A stretch of 64,000 nt of DNA from Dendrobates tinctorius. Lineage: Eukaryota. This document shows positions 24,508 to 37,179 of this stretch, piece by piece. Location: contig NW_027361671.1 of NCBI RefSeq assembly GCF_039654945.1, positions 14,632,001-14,696,000 of the forward strand, given 5' to 3'. Position 1 is the stretch's first letter; the number at the start of each line of letters is the position of its first letter. The translations under genes were made by a program, and so were the position numbers. The notes under the pieces are model-generated. The model saw nothing but the letters and a program-made list of their open reading frames with translations, was not told where the DNA came from and made no database searches.

Positions 24508-26760
24508 TATTATTATTATTATTTATTTATATAGCACCTTTGATTCCATGGTGGTGTACATGAGAAGGGGTTACATACAAATTACAGATATCACTTACAG
24601 TAAACAAACTAACAATTCCAGACTGATACAGAGGGGAGAGAGGACCCTGCCCTTTCAGGATTACATGCTACAGGATGGTGGGGAAGGAGACAGTAGGTTG
24701 GTGGGTTGCAGTTCCAGTGTTGGTGATATCACCGGTAGTGGTGAGAGAGAAGGAGGTAGCGGGGTCATTTCAGGCTGTAGGCTTTCTTGAAGAGGTGGGT
24801 TTTCAGGTTCCGTATGAAGGATCCAAATGTGGTTGATAGTCGGACTTGTTGGGGCAAAGAATTCCAGAGAATAGGTGCTATTCGGGAGAAGTCTTTGAGG
24901 CGGTTGGGTGAGGAGCAAATAAGTGTGGAGGAGAGAAGGAGGTCTTGGGAGGAACGGAGATTACGTGAGGGAATGTATCGGGAGATTAGTTCAGAGACAT
25001 ATGGGGGAGACAGGTTATAGATGGCCTTGTTGGTCAGTATTAGTAATTTGAACTGGATACGCTGAGGGAATGGGAGCCAGTGAAGAGATTTGCAATGGGG
25101 AGAAGTGGAGGAGTAGCGAGGAGAGAGATGAATTAGTCGAGCGGCAGAGCTAAGGATGGACTGGAGAGGTGCGAGGGTGTTAGCAGGGAGACCACAGAAA
25201 AGGATGTTGCAGTAGTCGAGGCGGGAGGTGATGAGGGCATGCGCAAGCATTTTAGTAGATTGAGGATTGAGGAAAGGATGGATTCTGTAAATATTTTTGA
25301 GCTGGAGGCGAGAAAGCGCTTGGATGTGCGGATTGAAGGACAGGGCAGAGTCAAAGGTTACTCCGAGGCAGCGGACTTCCGATACTGGGGAAAGTGTGAT
25401 GTCATTAATTGTTATAGCTAGGTCGGGTAAGGAAGATCTGTTAGATGGAGGAAAGATGATGAGTTCAGATTTGTCCACATTGAGCTTGAGGAAGCGAGAG
25501 GAGAAGAAGGAGGATATGGCCGATAGACACTCTGGGATTCTGGACAGCAGAGAGGTGATGTCTGGGCCAGAGAGGGAGATCTGAGTGTCATCAGCATAAA
25601 GGTGGTACTGGAATCCGTGGGACTTTATGAGTTGCCCCAGATCAAGTGTATAGATTGAGAAGAGTAGGGGTCCTAAAACAGAGCCTTGGGGGACTCCAAC
25701 AGAGAGAGGGTGGGATGAGGAGGTGGTGTGGGAGTGGGAGACACTGAATGTGCGGTTTGAAAGGTATGAGGAGATCCAGGATAGGGCAAGGCCTTTGATG
25801 CCGATGGAGGAGAGGATCTGTAGAAGGAGGCAGTGGTCAACTGTGTCGAATGCTGAGGACAGGTCTAGAAGCAGGAGTATAGAGTATTGTCCATTTGATT
25901 TGGCTGTAAGTAGGTCGTTAGTAATTTTGGTTAGGGCTGTCTCAGTGGAGTGATGGGGGCGGAAAAGATTGTAGATTTGTCAAAGAGCAAGTTAGATGAT
26001 AGGTGGGAGGAAAGTTCAGCGTGGACGTGCTGCTCCAGGAGTTTGGAAGCGAATGGGAGCAGCGATCTTGGGGCTATAGCTGGACATAGTGGTTGGGTCG
26101 AGGGTTGGCTTTTTAAGGATAGGCGTGATTGTGGCATGTTTGAAAGCAGAAGGGAAGGTACCGTACGTTAGTGATAGGTTGAAGAGGTGGGTTTGGGATG
26201 GGATAAGTGTGGTGGTGAGGTTGGAGAGGAGGTGGGATTGGATGGGGTCGAGTGCACAGGTTGTGAGGTACGATTTGGAGAAGAGACAATTAAGCTCCCC
26301 TTCAGTGATGCTGGAGAGTGAGGTTATGGGGTTTGCGCATTGGTCTGGTATACAAAGGGGTTGTGGTGGTTGAGTGATGAAGAATTGCCTTGTATTCTCA
26401 ATCTTGTTCTTGAACTGTGTGCCAAAGTCCTCGGCAGAGAGGAGGGAGGTTGGAGGAGGCAGTGGTGGGCGGAGGAGGGAGTAAAAAGTTTTGAATAACT
26501 GTTTGGGGTTGTAAGATAGGGAAGATACGAGGCTTGTGAAGTAGGCCTGTTTAGCAGAGGTGAGGACAGATTTGAAATCGAGTGTTGCCTGTTTGAATGA
26601 GGTGAAGTCATCTTGCAAATTTTTTTTATTGCAGCGCCGCTTTGGAATCCTGGACACTTGTCGGAGCTTTTTAGTGGTGTTATTGTGCCAGGGTTGTCTG
26701 TTGATACGTCGGATTCTGCCATGAACGAGAGGGGCAACCGCGTCAATAGCTGAATAATTA
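24508..26760 (-). mobile_element. Second L2 LINE, 5'-truncated and frameshifted
   Basis: A/T microsatellite tail at 24508. ORFs 24765..25478 ([25 protein letters not shown]) and 26016..26777 (TTCALDPI, FKHATITPILKKP). Confidence 0.9.
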
Positions 26761-26829
26761 GCGCATAAATTGGCCAACTCATGTTTACTAGGCAGCCACG
26801 ATAAGGAGATTCTTGATGTTGGTCAGAGC

Positions 26830-28765
26830 AGTGGGGTACTCGGTACCGGACCGGTATTTCACAGGGAAGTGTCACAGTAGCGGTGACCCGGTCCGTGGCC
26901 CTGGGCATCCATGTAAGGGAGTGAAGTGATGGAATAAAGTTTATAAATAGATGATTTGTGACGCCACCTGTGGTGTTCGGCAATGAAGATGTTAAGCCGA
27001 CGCTGCAGACAGATCCGCTGGGACAGATGGTGTGGTGCAGCCAAGATGTTATAACCCTCCACAGGCAGGGCTGTTGTCCCAGGGCAGTGTAGATGGGTGT
27101 TGGGAAGGAAAGTGCAGTGTCAGGCACAGAGATGCAGCAGTGCCAGGGAGGTTGTAGCAAGAAGGCAAGGACACAATAGGTTGCAGTTTCTTACCTTTAG
27201 GCTAAGTGCACACGTACCGGAACTCTCGCGGAAATTACCGCGAGAATTCCGGAATTCCAGTCCGCGGGAAAATCGCATTTTAAATTCCCGCGATTTTCCC
27301 GTGGAAAAACTAGCATTTTGTAAGCGTATTTAGCTTGCAAAATGCTAGCGTTCTCCAAGCGTTCTGTAGCATCGCTTGGAGAACTGATTGACAGGTTGGT
27401 CACACTCGTCAAACATAGTGTTTGACAAGTGTGACCAACTTTTTACTACTGAGGTCGCCTATGCGGCATCAATAGTAAAAGATAGAATGTAAAAAAAAAT
27501 AAAAAATACTGTTATTCTTACCCTCCGACGTCCCGCGCATCCGTTCCCAGTAATCCTTTGCAAAAATGCCCGCGATGACGTCAGGTCTCGCGGTAATTCG
27601 CGATGATGTCGCGCGAATGACCGCGAGACTTCGTGATCCCGCGAGAACGGACACCATCGCGGGCATTTTTGCAAAGGACTACTGGGAACGAGAGCGTGGA
27701 GAGAAGCAGGAAGACTGCGCGGGACATCGGAAGGTGAGAATAACAATATTTTTTATTTTTAAATTCTATTTTTTACAGGGATATGGTACCCAAAGCCCGG
27801 AGGACAGTCTCCTCTCCTCCAGACCGTGGGTACCATCCGCAATTGTTCTGCTTACTTTCCGCATGGTGGGCACAGCCACATGCGGGAAGTAAGCGGAACA
27901 ATGCATTCCTATGGGTGCGGGATCGCCGCGATTCTGCAAATTAATGAGCATGCTGCGGTTTTTACTGCGAAGCGATTCCGCCGCGGTAAAAACCGCAGCA
28001 TTAGTACAGCATTGCGGAATCCCATAGGAATGCATGGGATGCTTATTTTTCGTGTTTTCGCGGCAAAATCGCACGGTTAAAACCACCGCGGAAACGCGAA
28101 AAAAACGCCACGTGTGAACTCAGCCTTACTTGGCAAATGCAGTCCAGGGTCCTGAGTACAGATGGCACAGGAGCTGGTTAGCCTGGAAGCAAATCAGAAA
28201 TCACTCTGACAGATGGGTTGTGCAGTCTCCTTACTAGCGCTCTCAATGAAGTACTCCCAGTACTGAGTTACACTGGAGTTCCTCCTTTCTGATGTTATCC
28301 ACACTCCACTCGCATGGCAGACAGCCGTAGCCTTCTATCTCTCTTGGCTCACCCGTCGCTGTTGTGCCTCCGAGGATTATGTGGGAATAGGGCATTTACA
28401 GCTTCCTATTCCTCTGGTTTCTGGTGCAGGACCGTTAGTATCCATACACCCTTGGAGACCAGGCTCCAGATCATGCGCTATCACTGGGACTGAGTTCTCC
28501 ACTTTCCTCAGTCTCCTCAGCTTTTCTCCTCCACATCTGCACATGAAGCCCTCCTCACACTAACTTACTCACTCCTTCCTGGCCCCCAGAGACAGCTCCT
28601 CCCCTCAGTTCTGGGTTCAGAGCTCCCTCTGCTGACCCGGAGTGGGAACTGTGTTGCATGCAGTGATTAACTGCCAGAGAGACCCTTCATTGCTTCCAGG
28701 CATGACATCACTCTCCCTGGAGGAAGGCAATGCAACTGTGGCGACCATACTCCTGCGGGAGCCAC
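26830..28765 (-). mobile_element. LTR copy (10693 family) interrupted by a MITE
   Basis: Collinear similarity to 10715-11460 on both sides of the MITE. The right boundary is approximate. Confidence 0.6.
27200..28125. mobile_element. PIF/Harbinger-type MITE
   Basis: TIRs GGCTAAGTGCACACGT and ACGTGTGAACTCAGCC. TTA on both sides. Internal palindromes. Confidence 0.8.
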
Positions 28766-29289
28766 ACTGGCAACCTGCATAATGTGAATCCTCTCTTAGA
28801 TTGAAACCTACATTTATATGGGACGGTAGGATCCTGCAGTAATTAAAAAATGCCTGAGGATGAAAGGCAGAGTGCTCAGTCATAGAGCCTATGTATGCAA
28901 ATATAAAAAGACTGACCATTGCTTCCAACAGAAATCAGGTGTGTACAGGTGCTTAATAAGAGTGGTCATCTTCATATATAACCATCCAGTAAAGTAGCAT
29001 TCTGTAGCGCTATAGAATGCAAAATGAAATATATGAAATTTGAATTGCATTACTGCTCTAGAAAAGTGGAAAAATTGAGAATACTTAGTGCAAAAATTGG
29101 CCAATTCTTGTATACCCAGCAGCCACAATAAGGCAATTCTTGTTAATGGGGACATGCCTAATGTGAATCCTCTCTTACGTTGAAACTTACATTTTTATGG
29201 GAAGGTAGGATCCTGCTGTAGTTAATGCTATAGAGCACTACTTTATTAGTTATTTACTTCACCACTTTATACTGCTCATACAGATGCTT

Positions 29290-30560
29290 CAAAATATGCA
29301 GCTTTGAATTCCAGCAGCTTCTGACATAGCACTCAGGCAGACCATTCCATCTTGCAAAGCCTACAAGGAAAGCCACACTACATTAGAATGCCCATGCATT
29401 TTCCTGGCCATGACTACCCACCATCCTTATGTGGGTTTATTTCTTTAAGAAATTTTGCATAACTGAATTCAGGCCATTTGTCATACAGGGAGAGTGAGAT
29501 ATATTGCCAAAACTTAAGGAAGCTATTATATTCCAGGCATTGTTACTCATGAAAATGCCCAGTTGCAGTGTATGAGAAGCCATCCTGTGTTAGATAGCTT
29601 TCAAGCTATAAAACTGCTTAGCAGCTCTTTACTGTACATGACCAAAAAGCCTGATGGTGCAGAGTAGGTGCAACGCTGTTCCCTGCTGCTATTTGGGGTG
29701 CAGTCATGTCTATTGAGAAGGAAGAAGAAGGAGCTAGATAAGAACCATCTGGTGTTAAAATCAAACTTAGTGCCCAACTGTAGAGTATCCACCGCCCATT
29801 CTGATGGCATCACTGCCACTCAAAACATTGACCCTGTTGGCCCTGAATGACATATATTGTCCCTGTCCATAATTGCTGCTTCATGTGTCAATGGTGCAGT
29901 GCCCTTTCAAACTCAATGCCAAGATTTGATACCAACCGACTTTCTTCCACACATGAGAACACAGACCGGGCATTCTTTTCTGCAAGAAATAATGGTGCAT
30001 GGGTATCTTCGAGTGAAGCTGATTGTATACCATCATTTTTTGAATGGTAGTGGTATCCATTAAGTGGAACGGCAGTGACTGCACCAACAGCAACATTTTC
30101 AGGTATCGCTAATGGACGGTGCAATGGAAAAGAAGCAGGTGGAGTAAAAGAGGTTGTAATTGATGATGACACTGACCAGGTACTACTTGATGCAGCAGCT
30201 TGGCTACCAGTAAGATGATCACAAAGAAAAGAGTTGGAAGGTGGGGGGCAGTGGGTGCTCTAGGCCAGGGCTCATACCAATGAACGCCCTCTCTCCTTTC
30301 CCGCGGGCATAATACTACCCAGACAACACAGAGTATGGGTGAAACACTTTATTGAACCACCAACTGGCAATACCATATAGCACAGTCCCAACAAATACCC
30401 AAAATGGTGCAAACTTACAGAGTTTCACCCTTCCGCTGACTCGCATTAGAGCAGCTGCAGCTTCAGGGCTTCCAGGGCCGACTACCTCCATCAATAGCAC
30501 CCGGCTTTTGGCAGGCACACACATCAAGGAGGTAACAACAAGCTTAAGAAGCTGACAATG
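29290..30560 (-). pseudogene. Decayed hAT (ZBED-like) transposase
   Basis: Minus strand reads KIPMHHYFLQKRMPGLCSHV, HCTIDT*SSNYGQGQYMSF and NNAWNIIASL...HSPCMTNGLNSVMQNFLK, which are hAT catalytic-region motifs. Confidence 0.75.
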
Positions 30561-30869
30561 AATTTTGTGTCATGGTTGTATCTGTTCCTGATATGCCTCC
30601 TGGAGCACCAGGGATCAGACGGTCACAACGTTTATTAGATGGCAGGTCCTCTTTAAGATCCGTTTGTTGTTTACCTTAAATTGGAGTGGATTTACTTTCA
30701 TTTGATGCTGAAAGGGTTGAGAACCATTTCACTTTTGACTGTCAACTTAGAAAAGCTTGAGTACTCAGCTGCAGAACCTTGCGACCACTCCCTTACACTA
30801 TATAAATTCACTGCCAGCTTCTTTCCTTGCCAGTTATAGTTCATCTATACTGGTTGTCACTGCTGGATT

Positions 30870-31780
30870 GCTATGAGCGCCACCTGGCGGTCGGCGCTCA
30901 AAGCAAGTCAGTAAATCTACTACATACAGGTGATCTGAGCATCGCCTGTATCTAGCAGAGCTGATCGAGTTATGGCAGCTTCTAGTCTCCCATGGAGACT
31001 ATTGAAGCATGCCAAAAGTAAAAATAATGTTTTTAATAATATAAAAAAATAAAAAATATAAAAGTTCAAATCACCCCCCTTTTCGTCCCATTCAAAATAA
31101 AACAATAAAAAAACAAACATACACATATTTGGTTTTGACGCATTCAGAATCACCTGATCTATCAATAAAAAAAGAATTAAACTGATCACTAAAAGGCATA
31201 GTGAGAAAAAAGTCAAACCGCTAGAATTCTTGGTCGCCGCGATATTGCATTAAAATGCAATAACAGGTAATCAAAAGATCGTATCTTCACCAATATGATA
31301 TCATTAAAAACGTCAGCTCGGCACGCAAAAAATAAGCCCTTACTCAATCCGAGATCACGAAAAATGGAGACGCTACGGAAAATGGCGCAATTTTTTAAAA
31401 TAAAAAAGAACCTAGACATGTTTGATGCCTATGAACTCATAATGACCTGGAGAATCATAATGGCATGTCAGTTTTAGCATTTGGTGAACATGGTAAAGAA
31501 AAATCCCCAAAAATTTGTAGAATTGCACTTTTTTTTCAATTTCACCGCACTTGGAATTTTTTTCCTGTTTTTGAATACACAATATGCTAAAATCAATGGT
31601 GTAATTCAAAAGTAGAACTCGTGCCGCAAAAAACAAGCCCTCACATGGCCATATTGACACAAAAATACAAAAGTTATGGCTCTGGGAAGAAGGGAAGCGA
31701 AAAACAGAAATGCAAAAACGAAAAAGGGCTGTAGCATGAAGGGGATAAGGTCAAAATTGGCTCAGTCACTAAGGGGTTAA
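30870..31780. mobile_element. Fragment of a TTAA-terminated (T2/Kolobok-like) non-autonomous DNA element
   Basis: Ends in AAGGGGTTAA at ~31771-31780. A-tract-rich body. The left end was not identified. Confidence 0.4.
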
Positions 31781-31971
31781 TCCATTCTGTACTGCAGTTA
31801 GAAATTAAATATCACATACCAAATCTATATATATGACTGCAAAAACCATCAGAGTGTGTTTGCAGGACAATAGGCTATGAGCCAGTCGTCGAGGTTTAGG
31901 AGTTCCATTCACCTCACACCACCGCTCTCACAGGCTATCCTGGCACAAAGCAGAAGGGCAATGAAGGCTAA

Positions 31972-32446
31972 GGCCTGTTTCACACATAAGTTTTTTTGGT
32001 CAGTCAAAATCCGCTAAAATGGCGGATAACGGATCCGTTCCTGTACCGACCACAACGCTTGGCACCGGACCGTTATTTTAACGGACCTGTCAAAGGAAGA
32101 ATTTTAAAGGAACCGCTGCCTGGGGGGGGAGGAGGAGAGAGAGAGAGAAAATTTTTCAGCCGCCAGAACAGAGCTTAGGGTTAAATTTGCGTCTGAGTGA
32201 AGTCTTTCGGGCATGCGCAGTGAGAAATGCGGATCCGGCCGCCCGAAAAAAAGTTGCATGGTCCGTTCGGGCATGTCGGCGGATGTCAAAATTTTGGCGG
32301 ATCCGCAAAAAAATGGTAATGCCGCCGGTAATGCAACCCAATGGGAAAAAAAAACGGATCCGCCAATAAAAATGGCGGATCCGTTTTTTTTTTTGCAAAA
32401 CGGCGGATTTTGACTGATGGACACAAACTAATGTGTGAAACAGGCC
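31972..32446. mobile_element. PIF/Harbinger-type MITE
   Basis: Perfect TIR GGCCTGTTTCACACAT / ATGTGTGAAACAGGCC with TAA and TTA flanks. Internal CGGATCCG repeats. Confidence 0.85.
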
Positions 32447-33098
32447 TTAGATGAAGGTCTGTCTTTTTCAGCGATGAGTACCGCTTTTGTCTTGAATGCA
32501 ATGATAGCTAGAGATGTACCTGGAGACCACATGGGCAATGCCAGGATGCAAGTTGCTTACGGTACTGTGAGTAGCCTGTATGGCCTGCAATGTCTCCAGA
32601 CTTATATCTCAATGAGCACATCTGGGATGTCATTAGTCAGCAATTGCAAAGGGAACTTCAGATTTTGATGATTTTCGTGCCCAAATGCATTCAGTATGAC
32701 AGAAAATTCTAAAGACATCCTTTAATAATTTCAATGACATCATGATAATGCATGTAAGTGTATATATTTTTGCATGTGGTGCTCATACTTGATACTGAAT
32801 ACATTAAGATGCTTTGAAGAAGTCATTTACATTTTTCCATCTTTTACATGTCAATAACATGTCCATCAATCTTGTGATTTTCATAATTCCATGACGTTTC
32901 CTTCTTGGCATAAATCCCATATGTAGAACAAGCAAATTATCAATACAAATGATACAATGCCATTCACATGATTATAGCACCATAGTCTTACCTCTTTAAC
33001 ATTGGCTTGATATCACTGTTTGCTACCATTGGCATACTGGCATTGAATCCACAGTTTTAAGATCTCTATCTACCATGAGACTGAATGATAAAATGGTA

Positions 33099-34700
33099 CA
33101 GTCATATGTTAAAGTTTGGGCACCCCTATTAATGTTAACCTTTTTTCTTTATAACAATTTTGGTTTTTGCAACAGCTATTTCAGTTTCATATATCTAATA
33201 ACTGATGGACTCAGTTATATTTCTGGATTCAAATGAGGTTTATTGTATTAACAGAAAATGTGCAATCTGCATTTAAACAAAATTTGACCGGTGCAAAAGT
33301 ATGGGCACCTCAACATAAAAGTGACATTAATATTTCGTAGATCCTCCTTTTGCAAAAATAACAGCCTCTAGTCGCTTCCTGTAGCTATTAATGAGTTCCT
33401 GGATCCTGGATGAAGGTATTTGTGACCATTCCTGTTTACAAAACAATTCCAGTTCAGTTAAGTTTGATGGTCGCCGAGCATGGACAGCCTGCTTCAAATC
33501 ATCCCACAGATGTTCAATGATATTCAGATCTGGGGACTGGGATGGCCATTCCAGAACATTGTAATTGTTCCTCTGCATGAATGCCTGAGTAGATTTGGAG
33601 CGGTGTTTTGAATCATTGTCTTGCTGAAATATCCATCCCCTGCGTAACTTCAACTTCGTCACTGATTCTTGCACATTATTGTCAAGAATCTGCTGATACT
33701 GAGTTGAATCCATGCGACCCTCAACTTTAACAAGATTCCCGGTGCCGGCATTGGCCACACAGCCCCAAAGCATGATGGAACCTCCAACAAATTTTACTGT
33801 GGGTAGCAAGTGTTTTTCTTGGAATGCTGTGTTTTTTAGCCTCCATGCATAACGCCTTTTTGTATGACCAAACAACTCAATCTTTGTTTCATCAGTCCAC
33901 AGGACCTTCTTCCAAAATGTAACTGGCTTGTCCAAATGTGCTTTTGCATACCTCAGGCGACTCTGTTTGTGGCGTGCTTGCAGAAACGGCTTCTTTCACA
34001 TCACTCTCCCATACAGCTTCTCCTTGTGCAAAGTGCGCTGTATTGTTGACCGATGCACAGCGACACCATCTGCAGCAAGATGATGCTGCAGGTCTTTGGA
34101 GGTGGTCTGTGGATTGTCCTTGACTGTTCTCACCATTCTTCTTCTCTGCCTTTCTGATATTTTTCTTGGCCTGCCACTTCTGGGCTTAACAAGAACTGTA
34201 CAGGTTAAATCTCTGAGACAACTTTTTGTAACCTTCCTCTGAAAAGCTATGTTGAATAATCTTTGTTTTCAGATCATTTGAGAGTTGTTTTGAGGATCCC
34301 ATGATGCCACTCTTCATAGGAGAATCAAATAGGAGAACTACTTGCAAGTGGCCACCTTAAATACCTTTTCTCATGATTTGATACACCTGGCTATGAAGTT
34401 CAAAGCTCAATGAGGTTACAAAACCAATTTAGTGCTTCAGGAAGTCAGTAAAAAGTAGTTAGGAGTGTTCAAATCAAGAAAATGATAAGGGTGCCCATAC
34501 TTTTGCACCGGTCAAATTTTGTTTAAATGCAGATTGCACATTTTCTGTTAATACAATAAACCTCAATTGAATCCAGAAATATAACTGAGTCCATCAGTTA
34601 TTAGATATATGAAACTGAAATAGCTGTTGCAAAAACCAAAATTGTTATAAAGAAAAAAGTTTAACATTAATAGGGGTGCCCAAACTTTAACATATGACTG
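33099..34700 (-). mobile_element. Tc1 (DD34E) transposon with ~211-bp TIRs
   Basis: TIRs at 33099-33309 and 34490-34700 (CAGTCATATGTTAAAGTTTGGGCACCC...). TA on both sides. Confidence 0.95.
33327..34302 (-). pseudogene. Tc1 transposase pseudogene
   Basis: MGSSKQLSNDLK start, a deletion and frameshift near 34200, TGA at 33996-33998, then WTDETK, FQQDND, and SPDLNIIE with 34 residues between D and E. Confidence 0.92.
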
Positions 34701-34904
34701 TATCTATATGCCAATCTAGGTTACCAAACTTAAGCCACCATGCCCTATGCAGACGTCTTCTGTCCCATGAATGGCAAATATGGCATCTGCAAATTAGCAG
34801 GTACACTTGGTAGAGTTTTCATGTACTTAAAATTGCCCTGATCATGATTTCAATCCAGTAGGACAATTCCTGTAAGTAATTATATCTACATATTAGATAC
34901 TGAT

Positions 34905-35148
34905 TTTTGATGAGCGCAATAGCTTGTTACTTGAGTTTGCCTAGGGTGATCGAGTATGCAGAGTGACACACTTGAGTCCCCGTTCCTGCATGTTTTGTGG
35001 TTGTTAGACAGCCTCAAAACATGCGGGAATTGCACTGGCAACATGCGGACGCCAGGACTCAAACATTTCACTCGAGCACCCGCGATACTCGGTGCATGCT
35101 TGAGCACCCTAGGCAACCTCTAGTAACGAGCACTTTCGCTCATCACTA
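34905..35148. mobile_element. Small hAT-type MITE
   Basis: TGATGAGCG...CGCTCATCACTA termini. Confidence 0.5.
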
Positions 35149-35489
35149 ATACTGGTATGAACACACAAGAAGCATTTACAGTAAACTGTAATAATATTGA
35201 TCATAATAATAATTCTAAAAAAAAACAATAACCTATTCTAACTCCTCAAGGCTCAAGAAACTCATTGCAATAAAAGTTTCTAAGGTAAAAATATAAAAGG
35301 TTTCACTACTGATAAACTCAAACTTATGGTCTCCCTCTTAGAAATGTCACCATTATGGATTGTAATGCAGTGAGTCCATACAGGAACTACAAGACTTGGT
35401 CCCCCAAAAACAAACGGGACACCAGGCAGAATCGGATACGGTAATTTCTTCACCTGCACCTGATTCCCTATTGGGGACGTGTAAGTTTC

Positions 35490-35760
35490 AAATTATTAAT
35501 CTGTCTTCCTATGCTCTCTCTGATATTGAGGTTTCTGTTTTGGAACATGGCTTATTCTTTTTGCACTCCAAACTGTCTTGATAAATTTACATTGATTAAA
35601 GATGTATATTTATTTTGCAGACAATTAACTTTTAAGCTTCTGTACCATCAGCCTTCTGCAATTGATAATCTCCCGCTGGATGAAAGACAGGCGTTTAGAG
35701 ATCTTCTCGAACTTTTGGAAGAAAATAATGGGGGCTATACAAGAAAACTTTTCTCTGGGA
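35490..35760 (+). pseudogene. Penelope-like RT N-terminal fragment (different family)
   Basis: IINLSSYALSDIEVSVLEHGL...DKFTLIKDVYLFCRQL aligns by eye with INLSQHVLTKVDLSLLERGL...DTFTAVKDLNLFARSL. Confidence 0.7.
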
Positions 35761-35766
35761 AGTTAC

Positions 35767-37140
35767 TGGGTCGCCCTCCCAGGGCTATGGGGTACTCGGT
35801 ACCGGGCCGGTGTCAGCGGGATGTGTCACAGCGGCGGTGACCCGGTCCGTGGCCCTGGGCGCCCAAGTGATGGGGGAATTGAAATGGTGAAATGTAATTG
35901 TGTGAATGAATAGTTCGTGACACCACCTGTGGTGTTCGGCAAGTGAGATGTTAAGCCGATGCTGCATACAGATCCTCTGGGGCTGGTAGTGTGTTGCAGC
36001 CAAGATGGTGAAGCTCCCCACAGATGGAGCTGTAGTCCCAGGGCAATGTAGATGTACGGGTAGAGGTGAGGCGCAGGCAGTGTAGAAGCGGGTACCCAGA
36101 TGTAGCGGGACAGGGTGTGTTGGCACAGGAATAAGTGGAGGACACCAGGGCTTGTAGTTCCAAAGCTTTACTCACAGACTGTAGTACACACAGGTGCCTG
36201 CCTCCATGCTGTGTCCTCCGGGTCAGGGACTCAGTGAACCTCCAGGTCAGATGGAATGCTCCCTTCCAACACTCTGCCAACATGTGCCTTTCTGAACGTG
36301 TCCTCTTATAGCGCCTTTGGTGTGAAGTAATCATACCTTGCGCTCCCAGATGAGATTCCGGTCCCGGTGCGGGTACATGGTAGTGAACGGTGGCAGCTGC
36401 GACTCCCGAGGCGGCCGGGGGGGCAGGTCGCAATTGAATCCGGGCCAAGGCAAGGTCAGTTCCTGCCAAAGCCACCGGTAGGGGCCTGCGTGGCTGCGCC
36501 GGGTCCTCCATTCTGCTCTGGAACCCTCATATACCTCCTCCGGGCAGGCCGCAGCCAGTGACAATATCTACTTTGAGGTGGTGACAGGCGCTGCAGAGGA
36601 TGTCTCAGCGGTCGTATACTCCGCAGGGGTAGCCTGGGGGCGAGTTGCCTTTCCTCCCCCAGTTCTTCTGGCCTCTCTCCCCCTTCCATCATGGCGTTCT
36701 CGCGTTCTTCCTGTCTGAGCTCTTTTCCCGCCACTAGCTTCCGCTCCTTCTTCTTGGGGCGGCGTCTTCTTCCAGCTCCTCCATACCAAGCCAGTATACG
36801 AACCCCTCGGGGGGTGGGCCAAGTTGCTATCGCATAGTAATTCAGGCAGGGGAGGCCCAGGACAGTTCGCGGTCTTTTCTTAGTACCTCCCATGTTGTCA
36901 CACCCTTCTTCACCAAGCCAGCGGCCATTTTTAGCATTCATTTTACAGTCTATTAAATTGGGTCTTCTGCACATTTTCAAAAACTTTAAGTCTTAGGCAC
37001 ACAGAACCCGATGGCATCCGGACTCGTCATTCTGTTCGTGACGCCAAGTTGGGTCACCCTCCCAGGGCTGTGGGGTACTCGGTAATGGGCTGGTGTCAGC
37101 GGGATGTGTCACAGCGGCGGTGACCCGGTCCGTGGCCCTG
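35767..37140 (-). mobile_element. Internally deleted LTR element (10693 family) with a tRNA-Ser primer-binding site
   Basis: LTR ends at 35767 and 37050. ATTCTGTTCGTGACGCCA (37029-37046) matches a tRNA-Ser(CGA) 3' end with one mismatch. Confidence 0.7.
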
Positions 37141-37179
37141 AGATAGGCAAGAAGAATCATATATTTTATTATTTTTTTA

